The translations under genes and the position numbers were made by a program. The notes under the pieces were generated by a model. That model was not told where the DNA came from, did not search any database, and was given only the letters and a program-made list of their open reading frames with translations. From Lophium mytilinum (taxonomy: Eukaryota): DNA of 64,000 nucleotides. Shown here piece by piece: positions 48,632-62,600 of this stretch. Location of the stretch: contig MU004198.1 of assembly GCA_010093605.1 (NCBI GenBank), positions 622,726 to 686,725 on the forward strand, given 5' to 3'. Positions within the stretch are counted from its first letter, which is position 1. Each line of letters starts with the position of its first letter.

Positions 48632-50631
48632 TCACATGTCCATGGAGTCGCCTCCATTTGCAAAATTGAAATTCTGCTGTTGCTGTTGGGCACCGAAGCC
48701 AAAGTGACCGTCCTGGCCTTGCTGTGGCGCCAGCTCGGCCATGTTCTCCGCGTTCTCCTCGTCATCGGAGAAGTACTTCTCAATAATGTTGTAAGCCTTC
48801 ATATAGATTTCCTCATTGGCATTGTTCTGGCAGTCGTGGATCTTCTCCATACCACCAACTTCTTCGATGAACAGCGCGTAACGGTTGATCGGGTCGCCAG
48901 TGCTCTCTGACGCCTCCTTGTCCATCTCGCCAACCTTGAGAATGTTCTCCAAGCCGTCGAGAGCAACCTGGATGATCTTGTTGTCGGGGCAGGCCAGAAG
49001 GTCGCACAGAGGTTTGATGCAACCGCTCTGCACGAGATACCGAATCTGCTCTGGCTTCTGCAGACCACCAGAGGTGGCATTGGAGATGGCCCAACAAGCC
49101 TCCTTCCGGGTCTTGAAGTCACCGTTCTGGAGCAGGTGAACGAGAGGGGGAATGATGTTGGCGTCGATGACAGCCTGGATCTGGGTTGAGTTGCCGGCGG
49201 TGATGTTGGAAATGGTCCAGCATGCCTCTTTGCGGATGCCATCCTTGGTCGAGCTCAAAAGAGATAGAAGAGCAGGTAGAGCTCCGCAATTGATGATGAC
49301 CTGGGTCTGGACGTCGTCGCCAGTGACGATGTTTCCAACAGAGCGGAGCGCGGGAGTCTGTACCGAGGTAGAAGCGTGCATCAGCAACTCTACGAGACGA
49401 CGCGGGATTCCAGCTTCAATCACGGCCTGGATCTTGTCGTTGGAGCCGTCTGAGAGATACGAAATGGCCCAGCATGCATCAATCAGCACCTCGTCGTCCA
49501 GCGAGTAGACCAGCTTGGAAAGGACCGGAAGAGCCGGTTGAATCTATCCGATGGCATCAGTCAAAGGTCAACCATTTGAGGGTGGGGGAATAGGAACCAA
49601 ACTGACCGTTTGCCAATCAGGCTGTGGGGTCTTGCCACGACAGAAGTTACTCAAAGTCCATGTAGCATTGCGGAGCATGCTCAGCTTGCGGCTGTCTCCA
49701 AGCAGAGCGAGGAGCGGCCGAAGTGCACCGGCTTGAAGGACGAAATCGCGGCATGTCGGGCTGTCACCTGCAATGTTTCCGAGCGCCCAGACGGCTTGCT
49801 CCCTGACATCCGGCTCATGGCTGCTGAGCAACTCGACGAAGATCGGGACGGCACCGGCCTCAATGACAACCTGGGTCTGCTGAGCAGAACCCGACGCGAT
49901 GTTTGTGAGAGCCCAGGCAGCCTCGAACTGGACCAGGGTATGAGGTGAACGGAGGAACTCGACGAATCTGCTCACGACACCCGTCTCAATGACGCGCTCG
50001 ATGGGTGGGTTGCGCTCCTTTGACAAAAGCTTTCGGAACTTGGTGGTGGCTTGGATTTGCTCGTCGATCTGGTCGGAGAAGACGCCCTTCACCATCTGAG
50101 GGAGTTCCTCGTTCAACTATGTAGACAGTCATGTTAGCGAGGGTGTTCATCAAATAGCATGGCACAAAAAGCCATCAGGGTCCAAACTCCCATGTCGTAT
50201 AGGTGGCTCGTGCGGATAAGGATAAGGAGGTACCAGTTCACCCGCCAACAGCTAGCGGGTGGCGGTACAAACAAACCCAGTCCGCGTAGGGGTCTCAGCG
50301 GGCTGGCAAGAGGAAGGGATATCGTGGACAGTGGGCAGAGGTCTGGCGTACCCCAGAAGACGCACACTCCGAACAAGCATCAAAGCGTGAATAAACGTAC
50401 CTGGCTCTCGATATTGCCTCCCTCATCGTCGCTGTCGGGGGCAGCGCCCAGCGAGGCTCCAGGCGCGTCACGGCCAGCAATGCCACGGCGCTTGGCGAGG
50501 TTCTCCTCGCGCTTTGCCTTTCGAATCTCGACCTGTTGTTCCTCGCGGCGGCGTCGGAGCTCGTCCGGCTTGAAAGCACTCTTGGCTTTGAAGGTGGTGC
50601 GGCGATGCTCCGGGATGTAGCGTTCGGCCAT
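48632..50631 (-). CDS. SRP1: Importin alpha (karyopherin alpha)
   Basis: IBB domain [26 protein letters not shown] and ARM repeats [41 protein letters not shown]. Confidence 0.97.
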
Positions 50632-51300
50632 GGCGGCGGGGACTGCGGCTGCAGTGTGGTTCGAAGACTGGTAAAGTGCTGGAGATGGAGGCTGCAGACA
50701 CCGGTGTGAGGGTGTGGGTGGTGGGTGGTGAGAAGGTGAGGGAGGCGCTGCGTCGGTCGTGGGGTAAAGAGGACGCTGGTTCTGTGGAAATTCGCTGCGG
50801 GCAGAATGGCGTCTCGTTTGGGCCTTAGCGCGGGGGTGACTCAGCAGCCTTGGCATCAATCGTCGCTTGCTGCTCCTGAATGTTGATGTCCACTGTCTTG
50901 CCCGTTTACAAGAGACAATGTGAGTAGTATGCTGCTGTGAGACAGTGTAACACTAGGATGAAGGCCGTCTTTGAGCTCAATCGCTGAAAGAAAGTCTCCT
51001 TGTTGACCCTCTGCGCTCTGGAAACCGTGTTGACAGGACGCAAGCACTTTGCTCTTGACAGACGTTGTACAATGTTGGCAATCTCTGGACAAGTGAATGA
51101 GATATGCCAAGACGTGACTCGTCACTTCAGGTTCAATTTTTCCGTCTCCTTCTACCTCTTTCTCTGAGTCTCGGCGCGTATAAAGTCTTTCGAACGTGAC
51201 CTCGACCGCCTGAATCTCTCCATCAACTCCTCATCCCGCTACATCAATTGGGTGACCACAGGCAGCCCGCTTGTTCCCTGGGAAGCGGTGCACTCCAAAC

Positions 51301-51960
51301 AAGAGCTGTAAAAGAGGTTTCCGTCTTGGCTTAGCTCCGTCACTCCTACACTCCACAGATCAGCTCTGAACACGAGCTACAGAAGAAGCTTCCTTCTTCA
51401 CTTAGCTCCATCACTCCTACAATCTACAAATCAGCTTTGGAAACGAGCTATAAAAGAGGCTTCTATCCTCACTTAACTCCTACAATTCACAAATCAGACG
51501 TGCAACATCAGTCAGGCGTCCACGAATAGCAATTTACTCCTATAAACGAGGCTTCCATCTTCTCTCAGCTCCGTCACTCCTACACTTCACATATCAGACG
51601 GCAGTTGCTTCAACCGCCTCAGATTGATAGAACTACATCGATCAGCCAGCCTTGACCGCCTCTCCCCTCCCCAGCTTAGTATAGGTGTACCGGCCAGACA
51701 TCCATACTTGACAGCCTACCTACATTGCAGAAGTTGCACTTCCCGAACAGGAGGTATAAGAGAGGGGTTCATCCTGAGTGAGCCCCATCACTCCTACATT
51801 TCACAGACCACACCAACGTTCGTGAACGCTTGCAGCGCATCAGACTGCTCCGGAGTATCTTCACTGCTCCGAAGTATCTCACTGCTCCGAACAGGTGGCC
51901 TATAAAAGAGCCTTCCGCCTGGTCCTTCCTCCGTCTCTTCTACACTCCACAAACCCGGAC
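51301..51960. repeat. Degenerate ~71-bp repeat array (about 6 copies) in the importin alpha-POT1 divergent intergenic region
   Basis: Core GAGCTATAAAAGAGGCTTCC...TCACTCCTACA...CAGATCAG at 51301, 51372, 51443 (exact 71-bp period), ~51540, ~51754, ~51900. Confidence 0.8.
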
Positions 51961-52520
51961 CATCACAGCGCTGGGGCCACTCGGCCAGCGGTATCGGCTT
52001 GTTAAATCATCGATTAACTGATCCCACATTGAACTCTCCCTCTTCCAACACTCTCTGAATCAGGCTCCCCTGCTCTTGGCACCGACACGCCCTCCAACTC
52101 TACGGCCTCCAGGAAACGTCGCTGCAGACATTGACACTGCGCCGAGGCCACTCAGCCAGTGCTATCAGCCCGTCAAACCTTCAACCACCTCACCCCGCAT
52201 CCGACCTTCCCATTTCCATCACACTCTAAATCAGAGCTCAACTCCACTGCAATCTTAACACACCCTAAATCATAGCCCTCCTGTCAACGTCGCTGCGCGC
52301 ACTGGGGTCACTCAGACAGTGTCATCAGCCAGACAAAGTGACTACGCTGAGCGCCTGAATCCGTTCTGTCGATACCCCTTTTTCTGACACACCCAAATTT
52401 GGACCTCGCTGTTGCTGCTCCTGGAGGCGCCCTCAAAATCTGCGCTGCACCACCAAGGTCGCTGCGGATATCGAAACTGCACCGGGGCCACTCAGACAGC
52501 GCGATCCGCCTGACAACCCG
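51960..52520. repeat. Second degenerate repeat family (~170-bp period) upstream of POT1
   Basis: GTCGCTGC...GGGGCCACTCAGACAG...ATCAGCC motif at ~51970, ~52115, ~52285, ~52455. Confidence 0.7.
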
Positions 52521-52641
52521 ACTATTCTCAGCCTTCGGTTCAGCTCACTGTGCAGCGCCCTGTCCGCAACCGTCTGAATTCGGCTTCAGAACTTCAAAGA
52601 CTGCACCAAGCACGCAATATCTCGCTGCTTCCAAAGTCAAC

Positions 52642-54581
52642 ATGGCGCAGATCCCGCGCGGCTTCAGCACCTTGGCTGAGGCAGCAAGAACCCTCGAAAA
52701 GCCGCTCAATATCATTGGTGCTGTGGTGGACTACATGCAGCCCAAGCGAGGAAGAGGCACTGACTGGATGCTCACGGTGAAGCTTCGCGATCTGAGCAAT
52801 ATCGATGCCGACCCGCTCACAGTCCGGATATTCAGGAGATTTGAGACCGATCTGCCGTCCATAAAAGCAGCCGGGGGCATCCTAGTGGTTCGGCGAATCA
52901 AGTTCGACACGAAGTTTGGACTAATTGGAATCCTGGCTAGGGGACCTGACGCTGCAGCATTCTACTTCGATGCATCCTCCATCCCTGCTCCTGCTTTCAA
53001 GGCTCCCATCCAAAGCGGTGGATCGATGCCACACAAAGCCATTGCCGGTCAATATCCGACAATGGACGAGCAACTCTACGTCATTGCTCTGAAGGATGCC
53101 TTGCCTGACCTGCCTCCTTCTGCAGCCCCCAGCCTCAGTCTGGCTAATCTGACGCCTAGCCTACCTACGGTTCAGCAGGCAAAGTCTGCGGGCACGGGTG
53201 GTCTCACCAACACGGACAAGTTCTCGCTCGTCAAAGACCTTAGTACTGACGTATTCCGCGATATATTGGGAGAGCTCGTGAAGTTCATTGAAACCCCCCA
53301 CAACGGCGCAATGGATCTCTACATCAGCGACTACACCGAGAATAGTCTCTTGTATCGCCATCCCGAACCGACCGAGCTGGGAGAAGAGTACACCCGCGAT
53401 CACTATGATTTAGGGTACATTGATCGTCCCAAGCGACAGTGGCAGGGTCCCTTTGGATGTCTCACAATAGCAGTACAGGCGTTCCCTCCGCACTCTATTT
53501 GGGCTCGGGACAATCTCAAGGAGGGAGACATGGTCTTTCTGAGGAATGTCCGTCTCAAACTCAGCCGAGATAACTTCCTGGAAGGCAAATTGCATCAGGA
53601 CCTCCAGCGCCCTGATCAAGTGGACATCCGCAAGCCTTACAGAGACGATGAGCGAGTCCAGGCGGTCAGACAGCGAAGATCCGAGTACCTGGAACAGCGT
53701 GAGGCATCCGCAGCGCAGCAGAAACCCACAGAGGAAGCTCCGCTGTCAAAGAAGGCCAAGAAGCGCCGCGACAAGCGATTGCGCGAGGAAGCAGCCAAGG
53801 GAAAGGCTCCTAAATCGGAGGCTGGCGCAAACGCGACAGCATCCGGGCCTGAATCAAAGGTCGTGGCAACAGCATCTTCGGTGAACACGCACAGTAAGCT
53901 CTTCCTCCCCAATCTAACTACCATTACTGACCATTTCTAGTTCGGTGCAAGTACCCCGAGGTCCAACTCAGCACCCTCCACGACCTCATCCACACCGACC
54001 GCACCAACAAGAGCCCAGGCGGCGTCACCTACACGCTGCCCTTCATCAACCAAAAGCGGCGCGTGCGTGTGCGCGTCAAGGACTTCGACCCCCCCAACCT
54101 CGAGGACTTCTGCTGCAGCAACGACGACCCGGCGTACAACCCCGGCGGGCGCAAAAAGGGCCAGGCGCCGTGGGAATTCTGCTTCCTGCTGCTGCTCGAG
54201 GACGCCTCGGTCGCCAAAGAGCTCAACCCAAACCCGGCGCAACTTCCGGTATATGTGGCGCAAGACCGCGCGGAGTACCTGCTGGACATGAAGGCTTACG
54301 AGTAAGTTTCGCCCATTTGTAACGACGTGATGGGAACTAATGTGGGATGTAGTCTCAAGAACGGGAAGCACGCGAAGAAGGCGCTGGCGAAGTTGAGGGA
54401 GAAGTTGTTCATTCTCTGGGGGGACTTGGAGGAGAAGAAGGACCCGAAGACGGAGCAGGTTGTAGGCGAGGTGACGAATATGCCCTTTGAGTGCATTATT
54501 GCCGAGTACGGGTTGCCGCAAAATGAGGGGACTAGTGAGAAGGTCCAGAAGTTCGCGATCATGGACACGCGCATTATGTGA
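52642..54581 (+). CDS. POT1: Protection of telomeres protein 1 (OB-fold telomere ssDNA-binding)
   Basis: NIIGAVVDYMQPKRGRGTDWMLTVKLRD (OB1), KFSLVKDL...LYISDYTEN...WQGPFG (OB2), C-terminal YTLPFINQKRRVRVRVKDFDPPNLEDF and LREKLFILWGDLEE; two introns. Confidence 0.9.
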
Positions 54582-57500
54582 GGATGTTGGGGCGCAAGGG
54601 GGTGCTGAGGTTGGGGCTTTTGGTGGAAAAGTTGGTTTGAGGGAGCACGGATTGGGTGGTTCTTGAGGCGGGAATGGGTGCCGTGGCGTGGGCTTTTGGT
54701 GGAAAAGTGGATTTTGATGGGCACGGAATGGGTGAATCTTTGGGCGGAAATAGGTGCCAAGGCCTAGGCTTTCGGTACTTAAAGGTCAGGCTGCGTGGGC
54801 ACGAAATGGGTGCTCCTTTTCTAAAGGTGCGAAAAAATCTAGCCGTAATATTATAGTTCGGAGATCGCAAATCTGCAGGTGTAAAATAGGATCGTTTTTC
54901 TAGGTGCTTACCGGCGTTAGTAGTCCTTTAGCAGGTCGAGAAATTCCAGCATATAATGTAAAATCCTTACGCCCCAAATTCAATCTACGTTCGCAACTAG
55001 GTGTTTCCATCTGCTTGGTACTACGTGAGGTCCTCTAACGCCGCGAGAAAAATCTAGAGCAATGTTGCGATTCACAGAGAGCGAATATTGTAGGGAGCGA
55101 AATCGGATCATTTTCCAATTGCTTGCAACCGCGTGAAGTCCGCTGAAGGTGCATGAAAAGCGAGGAGCAATATCGCGAGCTAGAGAGCGTGAATTGAAAG
55201 GGTAAAGACAGCCTTCTTTTCCGGGTTTACAAAGCCATTTGAGGTCCGCCAATATGCTTAGAACCGTCAAAAGGCCATTATTTCTCACAGGTGTTTGCTA
55301 TGTGGATGCACCAATTCACCACTCAGTTCACCACTGTATAAGGTGCCTCAGCAACCTCAAGATCTTAAGAATGTGATGCAAAATCTCGGCGCCTTAAATC
55401 ACACCGACCATTTTCAGTAGCTCTTTACATGCTCTTGCCAGTATTTAACGTCTTTCGATACACTCTAAGGAGTCGGACATAATGTAGCTTATCCTAGAGG
55501 CCGTAAAGAGCTCGTGTCTCGATCCCTTTAACAGATGCTCCGTCTAGTTGAGCCACCTCAGGACAGTAATGAAGTATCCGCTCGAGATGTAAAACGTTCA
55601 CCATTGAAATCGGACATATCGCAGTGTCTACTAGGCTAACAACGTTCGGGGGGTGTTACATCATGGCATCAAGGAATTGGACGTCATAGAGTGATCATGA
55701 CGCCCAATATCAGAGGAGAATTGAAGCAAGGTTTCCACTCGCTTAACGGTGTTAGGAGTACCCCATCACGGTACTAAGGGGTGCGACTGATCTGCGCGCA
55801 CAGTGACCGATCTTGGAGCACGAGAATACGACGGCTAGCCGCTGAGAGATATTCATGCAATTATCCGGAGCTAAGACTTTCTCCTAGCTAACGCGGAACT
55901 TGGAATGGGTGCTAGAAAGGGGGCATTGAAGATAACAGAAGACAATTATGAGGAACAGATAAGCTACAAGCTTAAAGTCCCTAGCAGAGAGAGAAGAGGA
56001 AGACGCGTCTACACATCCATACGTAGAAGAGGACGAAATGAGAATTGATATAATAGAAAACCTCAAGATTTGCTCCACGTTGGCCCATGGTTCCACTACA
56101 ATGACAAATGTGCGAGGCTCTGGTCCGAGAACTGACGTACTCGGCAAAGCACAGAGACGCCTCGAGACGGGGATCCTGTGCTGCACCGACGGCTCGATGC
56201 ATATGTCGACTATTGCATGTGAGGCCCGTGCGTCGTGAAGTTGCTTTTGGTCGTCGCCCATCCAGCCCTTCTAAATCGTCTTATCACCACAATGCATCTG
56301 CTCCGTCGCCTGATCTCCTGATGCGATGGCCTTCTCGATGTCTTGATGATCCAATGTACGCCGTGCGCATACCGCCTCCGATACCACGTCTACGGCTCGC
56401 TCCGAGCCGCTACTGCAGAGCGTCGACGTCTCTGTTACACGACAGTAACACCCGACGTCGGTCCCAGAAGTCGAGACGACCTCGGGACTTTCTCATTGCT
56501 CTCAAGTGTGTTCAATGGTGTAGTCATTCGCAAACTGACTTGCTACGTGGACATGTGCGACTGGGGAAGGGTGGAGGACGCAGGTTCAGTCTCGTAGTAT
56601 CGCCACCCCTCAGCGCAGCATTATTCGAATCGAGGTAGCCGTCCATGGCGGATCGCCTCTTGTGACTATCCACAATGCGCGGAGTCCCTTCCGTGACAGT
56701 TTCTAGGCGTGGATAGCGCCAGGCTATCGCGGCTTCAGCTTGAAAGCGGCAGCCAATGCATTCGTAAGTCGGCTGTCGTGTCTGGTGGGCTGCGAGCATC
56801 CGTCCATCGTCTTTCAGTCCACTCATCCAATATTTCCATCCACCATCATGGTCTTTTGTGCTCCGGCGTACAGCCGTTTCTTTCTTCTGTTGGGACCTGC
56901 ACAGAAACAACGTGGTTAGGGACGACAGGTGTCCCATGTCTGTGGCAGCCCGCGACTATGGCTGTGGTGCTGGACTTGTGTTCCATGTACTACGCCCCAG
57001 CAGCCAATGAAGGGATCTACAGAGTAAGCCCCAAATGACCGTTTATTTTCTTTGTTAGCCTACTTCCTTCGACCTTTGTTAGTGCGGCGGATCGAAAACA
57101 CAACCCGTATCTCTCGAGGCACTATTCTAGAACAGGTCAACGGTCCCTCGCGGATGTCGCTCGCTATCCCCTCACCCTCTCACTCGACAGCCCTGCGCTA
57201 GTAGCAACCCGCTCACCGCAACGCTCTCCCCCTTAACACCGGAACTATGGGTCTTCCCGCGGCGCCAATGCACCCGTGGTCCCTGAATTGCGCCTTCATG
57301 GAGCAGGAACGGCTAGCATTGCGTGATACCCCGTCTTTGTCGCGTAATGTTGCTCCATTGTCACGACACCTGACCCTGAAGCAATCGCCCACGATGCACC
57401 TACTTGCGCTGTACCCCCTGAGCAACCTCGAGATACTTCTCTTCCTGCTATCATCCTTTTCATGCGCGAACCTCTTGCTTTCTTTCCTTCCTAAGACTTG

Positions 57501-57718
57501 TCGATCACCATTCTGGTTCTCGGACTTCGGAAACGGCTTAGTCTTGCTTTCAGTGGACTGGCGTGCTTCGGGCAGTTGCATATCAACCTCAACCGAAACG
57601 ATTTCGACGACATCGGAGGTGGTGCGTGGTTTGCGGCGGGGGCAGCCGGGGTACATAAGTACAGATATCAAGTACTTCTGAGGTACCTCAATCAACAACT
57701 GCCATCACTTCCCTAATC

Positions 57719-58764
57719 ATGGCTCCCGGAATATACACACCTCAGGCAGAGCCTTTACTATCTCCAAATGCACCTGCCACAAACCATGGCTCCATACTCC
57801 AGGCTGACGGCCCAGCACTCGACAGTATGGCAGACGCCATTCAAAACCCTCTTAAACTTCAAAATGCTCGCAAAGCTATCTCAGGAAGCGAACCACTCCT
57901 GAACGTCTTAGATGCCACTCTCGTCACAACCGACTTCTATCCTCTTCAGTTCGAAAGTGCGGCTTCCCGGCAGCTTACCACTAAGCTGAACGCGGCAACA
58001 AATTCTTCTCTACTAATTGCCTCTCCATACAACTTCGCGGATCAGCTGCTCGACTTACGCTCGTTGGACACCCCGAATCGGCTCTTTGCTCTCGCACTCA
58101 CAGGCCTCACTCCTACTCGTCCAGACTACGCCACGGCACCATATGTCGATTCTCTCAACTGGCAGGCCGTGCTCATCCAGCTAAGGGATCTCGCTCGTGC
58201 CGAGAATTTCGAGTGGAAAGAGCAGAGCTTCTACGTCGTCATCTTCCGCAGCAAGCTTAAGGAGGTCGTCAACAGGGACTTGCTGCATCTGCTGGACCAG
58301 ACAAGCCATGTCGAAGCGACCGCCAGTGGAGGGCTACTGAAGTATTGGTTCGGCGATCCGAATTCGGAGAGCAGGAATCTGGCGACCTGTATGTCAACAC
58401 ATTCCATTCCTGACTCTTTCTCACGAAGTCCTCATCCCTGTCATCGCTCGCGTGATTGTCACATGACTTTGCATCATCCGTCCTTGACTCACCGACTGAC
58501 ATATCCGCAGGCCTCTGGCGCAGCAAAGAGGACGCTCGGCTCGGTGGTCTAGGTCCCTGGCACAAGAAAGCTCGCTCCGCGGCCCGCGACCTCTACGACT
58601 CCATCACATTCTCCTCACACCGCTTCACCATCAAGGACGGCATTACCGGCTGGTCGTTCGACCAGTGGGAGCCCAAGGGAAGCGAAGTCGCTCATCCCCA
58701 CGCACCGGCTTCTGCGGAAGATAGTTGCGAGAGGGCCTTGCCCGCTTCGGGATTGCCCTTGTAG
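57719..58764 (+). CDS. UPF0643-like conserved fungal protein
   Basis: LIASPYN...LLDLRSLD, FYVVIFRSKL, LDQTSHVEATASGGLLKYWFG, RNLATC/LWRSKEDARLGGLGPWH; one intron. Confidence 0.8.
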
Positions 58765-59061
58765 TTCAGCTATCGGTTTTATGCACCGACACCTGTTTAA
58801 TGCACCAGCATCCAAGCCACTTCAGCACTTTCCTCCTGACAACATCACTAGAAAGCATCATGTTAGATTTCCAGTTCCTCCCTGTCTCACTTTCCTATTG
58901 GGTTTTATTTTCTCCTTTTATCGACGGCGTCACATCGGCTTTTGCACAGGCAGCTGCATTCAGTTCATCCATTGCGGGTTCTTGAAAAGCGTGCATGCGA
59001 GCCAGATTGCTACTTTCGCGCGTTCTTCTTCTGCGTGTCACACGGTCGGTGTATCATGGCA

Positions 59062-59123
59062 GGCTTTCCTCTGCGGCTTTCCTCTGCAGCTTTCCTCTGC
59101 GGCTTTCCCCTGCGGCTTTTCCT
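59062..59123 (+). repeat. 13-bp tandem repeat GGCTTTCCTCTGC, about 4.5 units
   Basis: Directly visible. Confidence 0.85.
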
Positions 59124-59653
59124 TGTGTGTTTTTCTTTCTTTCCTGTCACAGGCGATCAGCATGGTGGAAAATGGAGAATAGAGATCATGCTCACTGCAA
59201 CAAATCATCCTTTCCTTCCTGTCGCTAATCAGCTACGAGATACGAGATTGAATAGAGATAGATGATAAACAATACCAAATCAAACTGCAAAGCTTAAATC
59301 TACCCAGTGAAGACCACCTAAGAGGTGTGCAACGTACCAACATCACCATGACTGAGGATCGAAACGTGAACGTTTTGAAATATTTCGATTTGCACGTTGG
59401 TAACGAATTCCACCACATACACACGCCGAGCGTACCTACCCACGACGCCGCCACGCAATCTACGCTACCCACCGAACGACAACACCTTTGCTCCGCCAGC
59501 TATGCACAGCGCCCCGAAGCCCCCCTCATGAAGCATGAACAAGAAACAAAGACAGCCCGCTCCCAGACTTCAGACTAGATGGAAGAAGAAAGCACAGATC
59601 GGCCTCCACCCGCTGACCCGTACAAAATGACACAGGAAGAAACCGCACCTTTT

Positions 59654-62600
59654 CTAATCCCCAATCACGCTCTCCACTTCGGCTTCCCTCTCGCCCTCCT
59701 CCTCTGCAGCGTCCTCCCCACCCTCTCCCTCCCCATCGTCATCGCCCGAGTCCGCCATAACTTCGTCTTCGCTACTGTCATCATCGATGACGATGGTCTT
59801 ACTCTTCGCTTTCTTCGGACTCGCAGGTTTCGCCTTGGCCACGGGCTTCGCGCCACCCGCAGCCCCCTTCCCCTTCTTCGCCCTCTCCAAAAACGCACAC
59901 ACCTCTCTCCAGCTGGCCCCCAACTTCGTGCGATTCCGCTCCAGCCGCTTGCGAACCGTACCGCGTGAATCATCTAACAGCCCACCCAGCACCGCCATAA
60001 CCATCTTGCCCCCAATCTCGCAAAGCCGCTTCTCAGCCAATAACGTGCGTTGCGTCTTCTCCGCCGCCGCATTAGCCGAGTTGCCATCCACATCCACCAC
60101 CACCACCTCCTCCGCCTCATCATCCGAGTCCATGGGTTCGTCGTCAGACAGCGGTTCCGCATCAATATCCGTCTCCGCATCCCTCTGCAGCTCCTTATCC
60201 TTCTCATTCGCCTTCCCATCCAGCTTCTTCCCCGCGCGCTTCGCAAACGCGAGTTCCGCCGCCGCGAACACGCTGAGGAGGTGCTTGCGGACGTCCGGGT
60301 CGATGGGCTGGATGAGCGCTTCCCAGTCCTCGAGCCCGCTCTCGTCGGCGTCCACGGCGGTCCCGTTCTCCTGCGGCGCTTTGCCCTTGCCTTTCGCCTT
60401 CTTGCGGTCGTCGCGGCTGCGCTTCGCGTCGCGTAACACCATGAAGACGCAGTAGAGGTCGCACAGCACGCCGGCGGCCTCGATGCGGATCTCGTCGGCG
60501 CCCTTGCGGCTGTGCATGACCTGGATCAGCGCGTCTTTGGTGTCGTCGAAGCGGGCGGCGACCGTGGCGACGTCAGCGTCGGGGATCGGGGTGGAGGAGA
60601 GGATGGCGGTTTTCCAGTGGCTGATTTTCCACATAAAGTAGGGTAGCACGGCGCGGAGGGCGTGGCTGGCCAGGGCGTCTTCGCCGGCGGAGGTTTCGGG
60701 CGCGAGGTCGGCGTCTGGTTGGGGGACGCCGCGCGTGATGAGGGTGATTAGGGCGGAGATGGGTGCGACGGAGGTGTTTGTGTCTGTAGTGGCGGCCTTG
60801 GCGGCTTTAGATTTCGATTTGGGTTTGGGTGTTGTGGGGACTGCTTCGAGGATCTCTACGCAGTCAGAGATGGATGCCAGGTTCGCGATGCGGAGAACGG
60901 TGTTCGTGACACCGGTGAGGATGTTGTCGGAGAGAGAGCCGCGGGTTGAGAGGTCCCGGCCCTTGGTAAGCGTAGCAAAAGCGTTCATCGTGTCGTCCCA
61001 TAGCAGCTGCACTTTACCGTCTGTGATCTCGCGGAGTTCTTCGTACCCACGTGCGTGTCGGAGAGCCTCACTGGCCTCGAGGAGGACACGCTCGTTACCG
61101 TGAGTCATGAACTGCTTGTTGATGTCGTCGAGAAGTGCGGCGAGGGTTGCGTCTTGGCGGAGTTCCTGGAAAACATCAAGGTTGAGGACGCGCTCCAGGT
61201 TCAACACGCTGGACGCGGCATCGGGGATTGCACCAAACTTCTTGAGTAGGCGCGGTATCAGGAGCGCTAGGTGGCGAACGGCTTGCTCTTGGTTCGCAAT
61301 CAGTTCCTCGCGCTGGGCTTTGGTCAATCTCCCTTTCACAGTCTTTTTATGGGCGTCGGTAGAGGGTTCGCCGGCATTCGCAAGACTGATTTTCACCGCG
61401 GCGTTGAGGATCTCCAGGAGAATGATTTCTTCGCGTTCGGAGAGTTTGCAGTTTTGTTGAAGCATTGCACCCGCATCAGTCGTGGATCCGTTCTCAGTGG
61501 TTTGAGAGTGATCGAAAAGCAGATAGCCTGCCAATATTTCCCATTGCTGAATCTCGGGCATGTGGTCGTAAAGGGATTGGGCGGCGAGAGAGAAACGCGA
61601 TTCGATGCCGGCAGCGATGAGTGCGAAGTGGGATCCTGCAATGTGCTCGATTTGGTTTGGTAGTTCGCCCTCTTCAGAATCGTATAAATCGAGCTGCGAG
61701 ACCAAACATTTGAGCTTCAACCATTCGAGCCTGGGCTGATCATAGTCATCGTCGTCTTCTGGTCGTACTAAAGCATCGTCAAGAGTTTCCTGACCTCCCA
61801 TCTCATCAATGGTACCCTCATAGACGACATTGATATTCTCCACGAAGAAATCCACTACAGCCTTTCGGACTCGTGGCTCCGAGTCAAAGATTAGGCGTCC
61901 TATCGAGTCTATGTCGTCCGGTTCGAGCATTTCAGCTTCCAGGAGGGTATCCAACAGCTCTACAGTAGACGCACGAACAGTCGCTTCAGCATCTGACGTT
62001 GCCATTTCGACGATCCGTGTCCTGAACCTTTCAGTGAACGTTCTCAGCCCAACCTGCTTGTCTTTATCTTTGAACAGCTTCTGCAAGCTTTTGATGACCG
62101 TTGCGCGCGATGGTGCGTGTGTATCCGAAAGCACCCAGCCAAGGTAACGAAGGTGATGGCCGTCGAAGAAGACTTCCGGATACGTGGTGATCCATTCACT
62201 TAGCGCTTCGATGCAGTCCACTCGTATCTTGGGATCCACGTCTCGATATCGGTGGATGAATACTGCATCGAACCAATCCCTAAGCCAATGATCGACCGTT
62301 TCCTTTCTTTGGCCCATCTCCTGGGCCCTTGCTTCTAGCCCTTGAACTCTTCCCTTGTTGACTTTTGCTTTCTTTGCTTCCGATTCGCTCTGTCGGCGCG
62401 CCTTGGCTTCGCTTTCAACCGTTTCTTTCCCCACATGACACAGCGCAGTAATGATGGCCAACGATGAAACCGTTGCAGTATGTCTGAATGGGCGATTGCT
62501 GGCGGATGACATTGTACTGATCCACACTTCGAAATTCTCGATAAGTACAATATTGTCGAACAGTAAGCCGGTCTGGGCAATGGATTCGATGAGAGAGCGG

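Noticed and set aside
51000..52600. Telomerase RNA or CRISPR-like array next to POT1
   Set aside because: No TAACCCTAA template; repeats are degenerate without unique spacers; eukaryotic context
55880..57700. Short ORFs including CCTDGS (RNase H-like TDGS motif)
   Set aside because: No further RNase H or RT motifs recognised; cannot support a LINE relic or gene
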